Shown here piece after piece: positions 1-8,425 of a stretch of 64,000 nt of DNA. A program made the position numbers and the translations under genes. The DNA is from an uncultured Verrucomicrobiota bacterium (lineage in GTDB: Bacteria; Verrucomicrobiota; Verrucomicrobiia; Limisphaerales; J093), in the NCBI GenBank assembly GCA_964535555.1, contig CAZHUS010000011.1:16804-80803 (forward strand), in the 5' to 3' direction. How positions within the stretch are numbered: position 1 is the first letter of the stretch; each line of letters starts with the position of its first letter. The notes under the pieces are model-generated. The model made no database searches, was not told where the DNA came from, and saw only the letters and a program-made list of their open reading frames with translations.

Positions 1-948
1 GTGGGCATCCTCGATCCGTTCTGGGAATCCAAGGGCGTCGTGAGTGCCGCCGAGGTCCGGGCCTGGAACGCGCCCACGGTGATCCTGGCCCGCTTCCGAA
101 AGTACGTGTGGACGGCGGATGAGACGCTTCGGGTCCTGTTCGAGGCGGCCCATTTCGGCGCGGCGGACCTGCCCGCCGGCGACCTGAAGTGGGCGCTAAG
201 GGGACGGGACGGTCTGGCCGCGGCCGAGGGGACCTTGAACACGCCCCCTCTGGCCGCGGGCCGCGTCTCTGACCTGGGCACGATCGAGCTTCCGCTGCAC
301 AACCTGCGAACCCCGTCGGCGTTCACCCTCACTGCCCGCCTCGAGGGATGCGAGAACGGCTGGCCTTTGTGGATCTACCCCGATTTGCCGGGCGCACCCG
401 AGCCGCCGGGAGTGCATGTCACCTCGGAACTGAATGAGCCCGCAATGGCGGTGTTGCGCGACGGTGGCAAGGTCTTGCTGCTGGCCCACGGCGTGAAGAA
501 CCCGCACGCGGCGCGCACAGGTTTCGAATCCGTGTATTGGTCGGCGGGGTGGTGGGGCGACAAATTCTCGTCGCTGGGCGTGCTGTGCGACCCGGCGCAT
601 CCTGCCCTGCGCGGCTTTCCGAATGACGGCTGGAGCGACTGGCAGTGGCACGAGCTGTGCAACGGGGCCACTACGTTCGAACTCGCAGGCGCGCCGGCAG
701 ACTTCAAACCCATCGTGCAGCCGGTGCCGGACTTTCACTTCAACACGCCCCTCGGACACGTGTTCGAAGCGCGCGTGGGCGGCGGCTCGCTGCTCGTGTG
801 CGGCTACGACCTTTCGAGCCAGCTCGAGCAGCGGCCGGCGGCCCGCCAGCTCCGTCGGAGCCTCTTAAGCTACGTCAACAGTCCCGAGTTCCGCCCGGCG
901 GTTGAGGTGCCGGCTTCGTGGATTGAAGCCCGTTGTCTCCCGCGCTGA
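1..948 (+). CDS. C-terminal region of a large secreted glycosidase-like protein (5' end lies outside the window)
   Basis: The frame is open from the window edge to TGA at 946-948, with coding-like GC3 bias. The sequence (WPLWIYPD, LLLAHG, YWSAGWWG) resembles non-catalytic C-terminal modules of GH2-type enzymes. Function is only weakly supported. Confidence 0.4.
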   Translation: MGILDPFWESKGVVSAAEVRAWNAPTVILARFRKYVWTADETLRVLFEAAHFGAADLPAGDLKWALRGRDGLAAAEGTLNTPPLAAGRVSDLGTIELPLHNLRTPSAFTLTARLEGCENGWPLWIYPDLPGAPEPPGVHVTSELNEPAMAVLRDGGKVLLLAHGVKNPHAARTGFESVYWSAGWWGDKFSSLGVLCDPAHPALRGFPNDGWSDWQWHELCNGATTFELAGAPADFKPIVQPVPDFHFNTPLGHVFEARVGGGSLLVCGYDLSSQLEQRPAARQLRRSLLSYVNSPEFRPAVEVPASWIEARCLPR

Positions 949-1153
949 ACGGCAGGAAGGGCGGGCACTCCGCCGCCCGCCGCATTCGGCGCGCCCTACC
1001 CAGAAGCTTCGCGGGTTGCGAGACGCGTCCGGGCTGCGCAGAGCGTTTGGTGGGGCGAGGCTGCGCCGAGCCATGCTCCGCAGACCGGAGCCGCCTCGCG
1101 GGACACCCGCCCCACCGGCGGACAGCCAGAGACTGGCGTCCGCCTGGTCGCGC

Positions 1154-1841
1154 TCACTTGCCCATCAGGTGTTCGAGCACCAATTGGTCGAGCGCCGCGT
1201 AGTTGCGGTCGGCCACAGTTTCTGGGCCTCGTCCTCGGGGAAGGAACGAGCCTTCTCGACGAGCCGCAGGAACGCCCGCCGGCTGTTTTCGAGGTGAGCG
1301 GTCCAGTGTTCGACCTTGGTGGTCCGGAACGGGTGCACATCGAACGCGACATACTCGCCCTTGCGGCCGTAGCCGTTGCGTTCGAGGGCGCGCACCTGGT
1401 TGAACGCGACGCGCAGGTTCGCGGACCCGAACGGCTTGTCCTGGTCGAACTTCAGGCCGTTCTGATTGTTGAGGTGAAGCGACCACAGTTTGCCGAACAG
1501 CGAAGCGAAATCGATCTCGTCCGCGGGGTCGAGTCCGGCCAGCAACGCATGCGCCGTCTCGATGAGGCAGCGCACGCGACGATCTCGGCCACGATGCCGG
1601 CGTCGTCGAGCTTCTTCTTGAGCGCCTTGGACTCGGCCTTGAGCTGGGCGTCGGACTTGTCGTTGATGTCCGGCACGGCGGCGTCGTCGTGGAACATCAT
1701 GGCGTCGTAGCCCAGTTCCTTGAGTTTCCCCAGCTTCCAGTCGAACGACTGGACCGGCCGGGTCGGCGGGCCGTAGGGATCCTGGCCCTCGCTCAGGTTC
1801 CAGGGACCGAAACAGAACTTGTACGTGATCGCTTTTGGCAT
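1154..1841 (-). pseudogene. xylose isomerase-like TIM-barrel (sugar phosphate isomerase/epimerase) pseudogene with an internal deletion and frameshifts
   Basis: Three fragments lie in three different frames. The N-terminal piece is MPKAITYKFCFGPWNLSEGQDPYGP...DDAGIVAEIVA (from ATG at 1841). At about 1571-1575 it jumps to RVRCLIETAHALLAGLDP...LHLNNQNGLKFDQDKPFGS. The true C-terminus ADRNYAALDQLVLEHLMGK* is in a third frame after a shift near 1213. About 130 aa of the barrel between the first two pieces is missing. Confidence 0.7.
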
Positions 1842-2263
1842 CGGTGTCGTGGCATGGAGCTTAGGAATCAGCGCCGCTTTGGGAAGGAACAAGCCCCTGT
1901 TGCCGCCTCCCGCTCCGGCGGAACGAGACGTGGACTTTTCAGCCGCCTTCGCAAAGCGCCGAACTGAGGAAGGGCCTCCAGCGCAAATCGACATCGAGAT
2001 CGATTTCACTGACCAAGACGTGGTCAGACAGGATGAACAGGATTTGCAGGATGGGATCTTCCCGAAGATGACCAAGGGAAGCGGTCTCGCCCTGATCCTT
2101 CACATCCTGTTCATCCTGTCTACAAATTGAGGCGGCCCTGTCCGCGAAAACCCTCGGCGCGACGGCGCGGAAATCTTCACGGGAGCCGCCCATGACCGGA
2201 TGCGGCTTGACGACGCCCGACACGCATCGAACTATCCATCGTAACGACCCCGCATCCTGAACC

Positions 2264-5200
2264 ATGCCCAAACTCTTCATCTCCCACAGTTCGCAGGACG
2301 ACGCGTTCGTTCGTGAACTGCGGGCCGCGCTCGCCGGACACGGTCAGGATGGCTGGGTCGATTCGCGCGAGCTGCGCGGGGGTGATCCGCTCTGGATGGA
2401 GATTCAGCGGGCTCTTGAGGACGCATCGGCCTACGCGGTTGTTGTCAGCACCGATGCGTTGCAGTCCAAGTGGGTTGGCAAGGAGTTGCGCCACGCGCTC
2501 AAGCTTCGGGACGAGCGCGGCAAAGAGAAGTTCCCCGTCATCCCGCTTTCGCTGAACAGCACGAAGCTCGGTGTGCTCGAAGAGTTCTTCGGCGAGGAGC
2601 CGCTCTACATCCCTGTCAGCAGCGACGCCGGCGGTATCGAGGCGGCGATGAATGCGATCCTCGTCGCGATGGGCAAACGACTCCCGGCAGACGTAGCCGC
2701 CACCCCGCAGCCCCGGGCCGAGCCGCTGGAAGAACTCGTGCTTGAGCTCACCGACTTGAAGTTCCAGGAGCAGGACGGCGTCCGCCGCGCGACGGCCCGG
2801 GCGCGCCTGGTTTATGAGCCGGCCACGCCGGGGCAGCCAGGCGTCCATAGCGTCCAAAGCTGGCGTCTCGTCGCCCCGATCGGCCCCATCGAGGCCGGGG
2901 AACTGCGCTGGTATTTGGAGCACTATTCGATCTGGCCCAGCCACTACTTCCGGGACCGCGCGCGCAAGGTGGAGGAGAATCTCGTCAAGTGGGGCCAGTT
3001 GCTGCACGACGCGGCCATGCCTGCAGCTCACCGGGAGAACGTGATGACCGCATGGGGTAAGATCGGGGAGCACGCCGGACGCCGCTTCTCGGTGCACGTG
3101 GATGCGGCGCTGGAAGCCGGCGCGCCAGATGCCGAGGTGAAGGCCGCCCAGGAGGCGGCCACGCTCTTGCTCGGCCTGCCTTGGGAATTGTTGCACGATG
3201 GGAAGAGATTTCTCTTTCAAGGTGCGACTCCCACTCGCGTCCGCAGGCGGCTGCCGGGCACCGAAGTGCTGGGCGTTCCCGTCGTCGCCACGCCCATCCG
3301 CATCCTGCTCGTCACGGCGCGGCCGGAAGACGAGGCCTGCGGGTACATCGACCACCGCGCCAGCGCGCTGCCGCTGGTCGAGGCGATGGAAGCGCTGCCG
3401 GGCCTGGTGAAGATGCACGTCCTGAGCCCGCCGACGCTGCCGGCGTTGCGCGACGAACTTGACCGTGCCCGCACCGCCCGCACGCCGTATCACGTCGTGC
3501 ATTTCGATGGCCACGGCGTCTATGACCGCACCGTGGGCCTCGGGGGGCTGTGCTTCGAGCACCCGGAAGACACCGGCAAGCTCGACGAGCGCCGGCACGC
3601 CACCGTCTTTACCAGCGAGCTCGGGCCGCTCCTGCGTGATCACCGCATCCCGCTGGTCTTCCTCGAAGCCTGCCAGACGGCGACCGCGGAAAAGGCGTCC
3701 GAGTCGGTCGCCTCGGAGCTGCTCAAGGTTGGCGTGGCCTCTGTGGTCGCCATGAGCCACAGCGTCCTGGTCGAGACCGCCCGCCGGTTCGTGGCGGTGT
3801 TTTACCGGGCGCTCGCGGCCGGCAAACGCGTCGGCGACGCCATGCTCGCGGGCCAGCGGGACCTCGAGGGGAATAAATCGAGGGGCCGCGTCTTCGGCGT
3901 GGATGAACTGAAACTCCACGACTGGTTCGTGCCCGTGCTCTTCCAGGAAAAGGACGACCCGCAGCTCTTCAGGAGGACGCCCGCGAAGCAGACGGTGGAG
4001 GATTTCCAGGCGGCGCTCGCGTCGCGCCTCGGCCGGCTGCCCGAAACGCCGAGGACCGGTTTTGTCGGACGCAGCCGGGAACTGCTCGCGCTCCAGCGGC
4101 TGCTTCGGCACGAGCGCTACGCCGTGGTGCGTGGGCAGGGCGGCGAGGGGAAGACGGCGCTGGCGGCCGAGTTCGCCCGCTGGATGGTGCGATCGCAGCA
4201 GGTTCAGCGCGCCGCGTTTGTCTCGGTCGAAACCCACAGCCATCGTCTGGCGGTGCTCGATGCCGTCGGCAGGCAGCTCGTGGGAGAGAATTACTCGGCC
4301 GCCGCCTTCGACGATGTGGAAAAGGCGATCCTGCCCATCGAACGCGCGCTGCGTGAGCAATCCACCCTGCTGGTGGTGGACAACATGGAGAGCATCCTCC
4401 TCCCGCCGTTCGTGGTGGCGGAAACCTCGTTCCCCGGGAGCGCACGCGGCTCGCGTGCCGAATCCGCCGGCCCGCCGGATTCTCCATCTTCCGATTCCGT
4501 CGTTGATAGGGATAGCGGAGGAAGCGAGGGGGACGGGGTTTTCGGCGGGCCGCCGAAAACAGCAGGCCGGCGGCCTGCGCTCCCCGGCGCGGCCATGGCC
4601 GCCCTCTCGGAGGACATGCACCGCGAGGTGACGGCCATTCTCGCCCTGTGCGACCGCCTGTTGAAGGTGGGCGACACGCGTCTCGTCTTCACCAGCCGCG
4701 AGGCGTTGCCGGCGCCGTTCGATGCCGCGCGGCATCGGCGCGAGCTGCACCGGCTCGACAAGGAAGATGCGGTGAAGCTGGTGGAGCGCACGTTGAATGC
4801 GGAGGGCGGTGATGGCGCGGCCACGGATGCGGCACGCGAGGAAATCGAGCAACTTGTGGAAGCCGTCCATCGCCATGCGCGGACGCTGGCGCTGCTGGCG
4901 CCGGCGCTAAGGGAACGTGGGGTCGAGGCGACGCGCAAGTCGCTCGTCGAGCTGATGGCGGCGATGGAGGAACAATTCCCCGGCAGCCGGGAGCAATCGG
5001 TCTTCGCCAGCGTCGAGCTTTCCCTCCGCCGCATGTCGCCGGAGAACTGGAGCACGCGCCCGACCTCTGGGCCGCCGCCGCCGGGTCAGGAGACCCGGCC
5101 TACAACCTGTAGGCCCGGTGCCTTCACCGGGCGGCCCGCAGGCAGGGTGCTCGCGCTCGGGGTGTTCCGCGGCGGGGTCAACATCGTGGTCCTTCGCCTG

Positions 5201-6904
5201 ATGATGCAGTGGGAAGAGGCAGAAGTGGCCTCGCTGGCGGGCGAGTTGGTCGGAACGGGGCTGGCGACGCTAAATCGCTTCAACCATCTCACGCTCAGTC
5301 CCGCCCTTTGCCCCTACCTGCGCGGGCGGATGGACGCCGCGGAGCGCGAGCCGCTCACGGCCCGCTGGGTCGAGACGATGCGCGCGTATGCCGGGTTCCT
5401 CGTGCAGCAGCAGAGCCAGAACATCGAAGTCGCGGCGACACTGACGGTGCTGGAGCTGCCGAACCTCTTTGCGCTGCTCGAACTCGTGCAGCGCGCAGGC
5501 GATCCGGAAGCGACGATTGGCCTGGCCACTTCGCTCTACAGCCTGCTGCAAATGCTCGGCCGGCCGCGGCTGCTCGAGCGCGTGGGGCAAGTGCGCGACG
5601 CCGCGGCGGCGGCGCTGGGCGATGCCTGGAATCACGCGCGGTTCGAGGCGGCGCGGACCCGCATCGAGCAGCAGTGGGCCGGCGGGCGGCTACGCGGGGC
5701 GTTCGAGGGCGCGCAGCAGTTGCTCCAGCGCGCCCGGACGGCGGGCGAGCAGGCGTATCCCGGCGCCGATTACGATCTGGCGATGGCCTGCTGGCTCCTG
5801 GGCCGCGTGCTGAAGACGGCCGGTGGCTCGGAACAGGCCCTGCCGCTACTGGACGAGGCCCGCCAGCGCTTCGAGGCCGTCGAGGAGCGTAGGCCCGGCT
5901 GCGGCGCAGCGGGGATGGCGTCCGTCTCCATCACGGAACAAGGCGACTGTCTTCGGGACCTGGGCCGGCTCGACGAAGCGGCGGCGGCCTACGAAGAGAA
6001 CATCCGCCGCGCCGAGCAACTCAATGACGCCCGGCAGGTCGCTGTGGGCAAAGGCCAGCTTGGGACCGTTCGTATGCAGCAGCGCCGCTACCCGGAGGCG
6101 CTGGCGGCTTATTCCGAAGCGCGCGAGCGGTTCACGCAGTTGGACGAACCGGGCATGGTGGCCGTGAGCTGGCATCAGACCGGCATGGTGTATCAAGAGG
6201 CGGGGCAGCCGGAAGCGGCAGAGGATGCCTACCGCAAATCGCTCGCGATCGAGGTGCGGCTCGGCAATGTCGCCGGGCAGGCGAAAACGCTGAATGAACT
6301 TGGAATTGTGTATGACGATCTCCTCGGGCGAACGGAGGAAGCCGTGGCTTTCTTCCGCCAAGCTGCGGACAAGGCCGTTGAGATCAGCGACGTAGCGGAG
6401 GAAGGCGGGCACAGAAGCAACCTCGCAATCCGCCTGCGCAAACTCCGCCGATTGGACGAAGCGCGGCAGGAAATCCACCGGGCGATCGAGTGCAATGCGC
6501 AGTTCGGCCACGCATCCGAGCCGTGGAAGACCTGGGCCATCCTCGCCGACATCGAGACGGACGCCGGCCACGCCGCCGCCGCCGCGGAGGCGAAGGGCAA
6601 GGCCATCGCCTGCTATCTCGCCTACCGCCGCGACGGCGGCGAGAACCACTTCCCCCATGGCCGCATCGCCCTCGCCGTGACCCAATCCCTGCGCGCCGGC
6701 AATCCCGCCGAGGCCGCGTCCCTCCTTCAGCAACTCGCCGCTCACCCGAACGCCACCGGCGGGCTCGGCACTTTCATCCGCGCTCTCCAGGCCATCGTCG
6801 CCGGCCGCCGCGATCGCACCCTCGCCGACGCTCAGGAATTCCACCCCACGATGGCCGCCGAAATCCTCTTCCTGATTGAAACCCTGGAAAAGGCCGGCAT
6901 GTGA
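2264..6904 (+). CDS. TIR-CHAT-STAND (NB-ARC-like P-loop NTPase)-TPR multidomain protein, 1546 aa
   Basis: N-terminal TIR: MPKLFISHSSQDD...SKWVGKELRHAL, with the conserved Glu. CHAT His/Cys dyad: HVVHFDGHGVYD and LVFLEACQTATAE. Walker A is GQGGEGKTALA and Walker B is LLVVDNMES. The C-terminus is TPR-rich (AYRKSLAIEVRLGNVAGQAKTLNELGIVY and similar). One uninterrupted ORF. Confidence 0.9.
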   Translation: MPKLFISHSSQDDAFVRELRAALAGHGQDGWVDSRELRGGDPLWMEIQRALEDASAYAVVVSTDALQSKWVGKELRHALKLRDERGKEKFPVIPLSLNSTKLGVLEEFFGEEPLYIPVSSDAGGIEAAMNAILVAMGKRLPADVAATPQPRAEPLEELVLELTDLKFQEQDGVRRATARARLVYEPATPGQPGVHSVQSWRLVAPIGPIEAGELRWYLEHYSIWPSHYFRDRARKVEENLVKWGQLLHDAAMPAAHRENVMTAWGKIGEHAGRRFSVHVDAALEAGAPDAEVKAAQEAATLLLGLPWELLHDGKRFLFQGATPTRVRRRLPGTEVLGVPVVATPIRILLVTARPEDEACGYIDHRASALPLVEAMEALPGLVKMHVLSPPTLPALRDELDRARTARTPYHVVHFDGHGVYDRTVGLGGLCFEHPEDTGKLDERRHATVFTSELGPLLRDHRIPLVFLEACQTATAEKASESVASELLKVGVASVVAMSHSVLVETARRFVAVFYRALAAGKRVGDAMLAGQRDLEGNKSRGRVFGVDELKLHDWFVPVLFQEKDDPQLFRRTPAKQTVEDFQAALASRLGRLPETPRTGFVGRSRELLALQRLLRHERYAVVRGQGGEGKTALAAEFARWMVRSQQVQRAAFVSVETHSHRLAVLDAVGRQLVGENYSAAAFDDVEKAILPIERALREQSTLLVVDNMESILLPPFVVAETSFPGSARGSRAESAGPPDSPSSDSVVDRDSGGSEGDGVFGGPPKTAGRRPALPGAAMAALSEDMHREVTAILALCDRLLKVGDTRLVFTSREALPAPFDAARHRRELHRLDKEDAVKLVERTLNAEGGDGAATDAAREEIEQLVEAVHRHARTLALLAPALRERGVEATRKSLVELMAAMEEQFPGSREQSVFASVELSLRRMSPENWSTRPTSGPPPPGQETRPTTCRPGAFTGRPAGRVLALGVFRGGVNIVVLRLMMQWEEAEVASLAGELVGTGLATLNRFNHLTLSPALCPYLRGRMDAAEREPLTARWVETMRAYAGFLVQQQSQNIEVAATLTVLELPNLFALLELVQRAGDPEATIGLATSLYSLLQMLGRPRLLERVGQVRDAAAAALGDAWNHARFEAARTRIEQQWAGGRLRGAFEGAQQLLQRARTAGEQAYPGADYDLAMACWLLGRVLKTAGGSEQALPLLDEARQRFEAVEERRPGCGAAGMASVSITEQGDCLRDLGRLDEAAAAYEENIRRAEQLNDARQVAVGKGQLGTVRMQQRRYPEALAAYSEARERFTQLDEPGMVAVSWHQTGMVYQEAGQPEAAEDAYRKSLAIEVRLGNVAGQAKTLNELGIVYDDLLGRTEEAVAFFRQAADKAVEISDVAEEGGHRSNLAIRLRKLRRLDEARQEIHRAIECNAQFGHASEPWKTWAILADIETDAGHAAAAAEAKGKAIACYLAYRRDGGENHFPHGRIALAVTQSLRAGNPAEAASLLQQLAAHPNATGGLGTFIRALQAIVAGRRDRTLADAQEFHPTMAAEILFLIETLEKAGM

Positions 6905-7124
6905 TCCACGCCCCCTCGCCTCCCGTCGCGCGACAAGTCGGAGTCGCGATTCGCGATGAGGCGCCCAACGAGTGGCGGTGGTCGGGCGCGCCACGCGGGT
7001 GAGGAGAGGCAGCGCCCCACCCAAACCAGACGGAGAAGATCGGGCATCCGGAGCGGCTCGGCGCAGCCTCGCCCCACCAAAACTTGCCTTTCCTCACCAA
7101 GATCGGCCTCAGTTCAACAAATCC

Positions 7125-8129
7125 TCAGCGTGCGGCCTGCAAACGCGCGAGCTGGAGGAGCAGCGTTTCGAGCCGGCGGTAATAGTCGTCCTCGGCCAGC
7201 GAGGCCTTCTTGTCCCGCAGGCGGAAGACCTCGAGCTCGAGGGCGTCGCGACGGGAGCGGAGTTCCGGCGAGAGCGCCTGTTCTTCCGGGCTCAGGACCA
7301 GACTGAGTTGATGCGCGCGCCAGCCGTCCACGGCGCCCGCCTGCTGGCTCTTCTTCACGGCGCGAACGCCACGAAACCAGTCCGACGGCGTGCCCAACCC
7401 GTCGCCGTTGTCGTCGATCAGCGCGTGCTCGGTCGCGAGCCGGCCCTCGGTCTTGTAGAACTCGGCCACCCGCGACGCCGCACTCAGGAAGGCCTCGAGC
7501 ACCGAGGTCTGACCGTCCTTGTCGAGGTCGCTGTCCGGGCTGGCAATCGCCTGGGCGAGGTACGTTCCGAAGCGGGTGAAGTTCTGTTCGTTGCCGCTGC
7601 GGGTCGCGGTGATCACGATGCGGTTGGTGGCGGAGAGCTTCGTCAGGAACGGGGCGCTGGCCGAGGTGGTGTTGACGACAAGCAGCGGGCGCTCGACGGG
7701 CTTCAGCCATTCGGCGAGTTCGGTGGCGGTAAAGTCGGGTCCGCGGAGGTTGAACCGGGCTTCCTTGTTGTCGAACGTGCCGTGGCCGATCAGGACGAGC
7801 CAGAGCGGTGCGGTGGCGGCGCGGGATTCGGTGTCGAGATGCTCGCGGAGGCGGGCGAGATCGTTGGTCTGGACTGAGCCGGGTTCGAGATCAGGCGTTC
7901 CCACGGTCAACAGCGTGGCTCCGGCCCGCTTGCCCGCCGCGGTCCAGGCTTCGGCTTGTGCGACAAAGTTGGTGCCGAATTCGGGTTCGCCCGGAGCTCC
8001 TATGACCAGGAGGAGCGTGGGGGCGGAGGAAGCGGGTTGAGGAGAGGCGGCGTCGCTGGCGAGGGTGGGACAGGTGAGAGAGAGCAGGGTGAGGAGGAGG
8101 AAAAGACGGAGGAAGGTGGGAGAGAGCAC
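7125..8129 (-). CDS. secreted hypothetical protein, last gene of the Bat-like cluster (possible caspase/legumain-like fold lacking the Cys)
   Basis: A GTG at 8129 gives the signal peptide VLSPTFLRLFLLLTLLSLTCPTLA. The longer ORF extension runs through a repeat copy (8171-8287) and was rejected. Motifs: LWLVLIGHGTFD then LLVVNTTSASAPF. Confidence 0.55.
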   Translation of the reverse strand: MLSPTFLRLFLLLTLLSLTCPTLASDAASPQPASSAPTLLLVIGAPGEPEFGTNFVAQAEAWTAAGKRAGATLLTVGTPDLEPGSVQTNDLARLREHLDTESRAATAPLWLVLIGHGTFDNKEARFNLRGPDFTATELAEWLKPVERPLLVVNTTSASAPFLTKLSATNRIVITATRSGNEQNFTRFGTYLAQAIASPDSDLDKDGQTSVLEAFLSAASRVAEFYKTEGRLATEHALIDDNGDGLGTPSDWFRGVRAVKKSQQAGAVDGWRAHQLSLVLSPEEQALSPELRSRRDALELEVFRLRDKKASLAEDDYYRRLETLLLQLARLQAAR

Positions 8130-8170
8130 GGAGACGTGGAGGGACGCCTCCGCGGAACCTCGCCCACCCC

Positions 8171-8287
8171 ATGAACCGACCTCGAAAAGCGGCGGTGAAC
8201 CCCCGCACTCCAAACGCTTCGCGACCTCGGAAACCCGGCTGGCAAGCGCGGTGCGTTTGGAGCGCGTCCGGTTTACCGGCGCTTTTG
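8171..8287. repeat. about 115-bp palindromic REP/MITE-like element, family 1, copy A
   Basis: Aligns with 46889-47004 and 59615-59729. Shared blocks are GAAAAGCGG...GCACTCCA(A/G)(A/G)CGCTTCGCGAC...GCG..GCGTTTGGAG(C/T)GCGTCCG.TT.A.CGGCGCTTTT. The two halves are reverse complements of each other, so the element can fold as a long hairpin. Confidence 0.8.
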
Positions 8288-8425
8288 AGTCAGCTGTCCC
8301 GATGAAAGAAGGAAGCGGCTGGACGCGGCCTCGCCCTACCTGGTCGACGAGATGCGTCTCCGCGCCGCGTCGCTGCACCAGGGCGGGTCGCCCCACCGGG
8401 CAGTGAACCGGAAGAGATCGCATCG

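Noticed and set aside
2177-4876. An 899-aa ORF on the minus strand, antisense to the TIR-STAND gene. Similar very long antisense or alternative-frame ORFs include 5846-7024(-), 9158-10714(+), 11490-13097(+), 13260-15263(+), 15110-17161(+), 17077-18102(+), 18117-19133(+), 20016-22706(+), 28020-29534(+), 30553-31746(-), 32304-33482(-), 35675-37066(+), 37165-38445(+), 39847-41031(+), 41088-42377(+), 44922-45674(-), 47015-48001(-), 48836-49705(-), 50659-52998(+), 55564-57291(+), 57310-58593(-) and 60128-61597(-).
   Set aside because: These are shadow ORFs expected in DNA of about 65% GC. Their translations are R/A/G/P-rich low-complexity with no recognisable motifs. The opposite-strand or other-frame ORF carries clear family signatures in every case.
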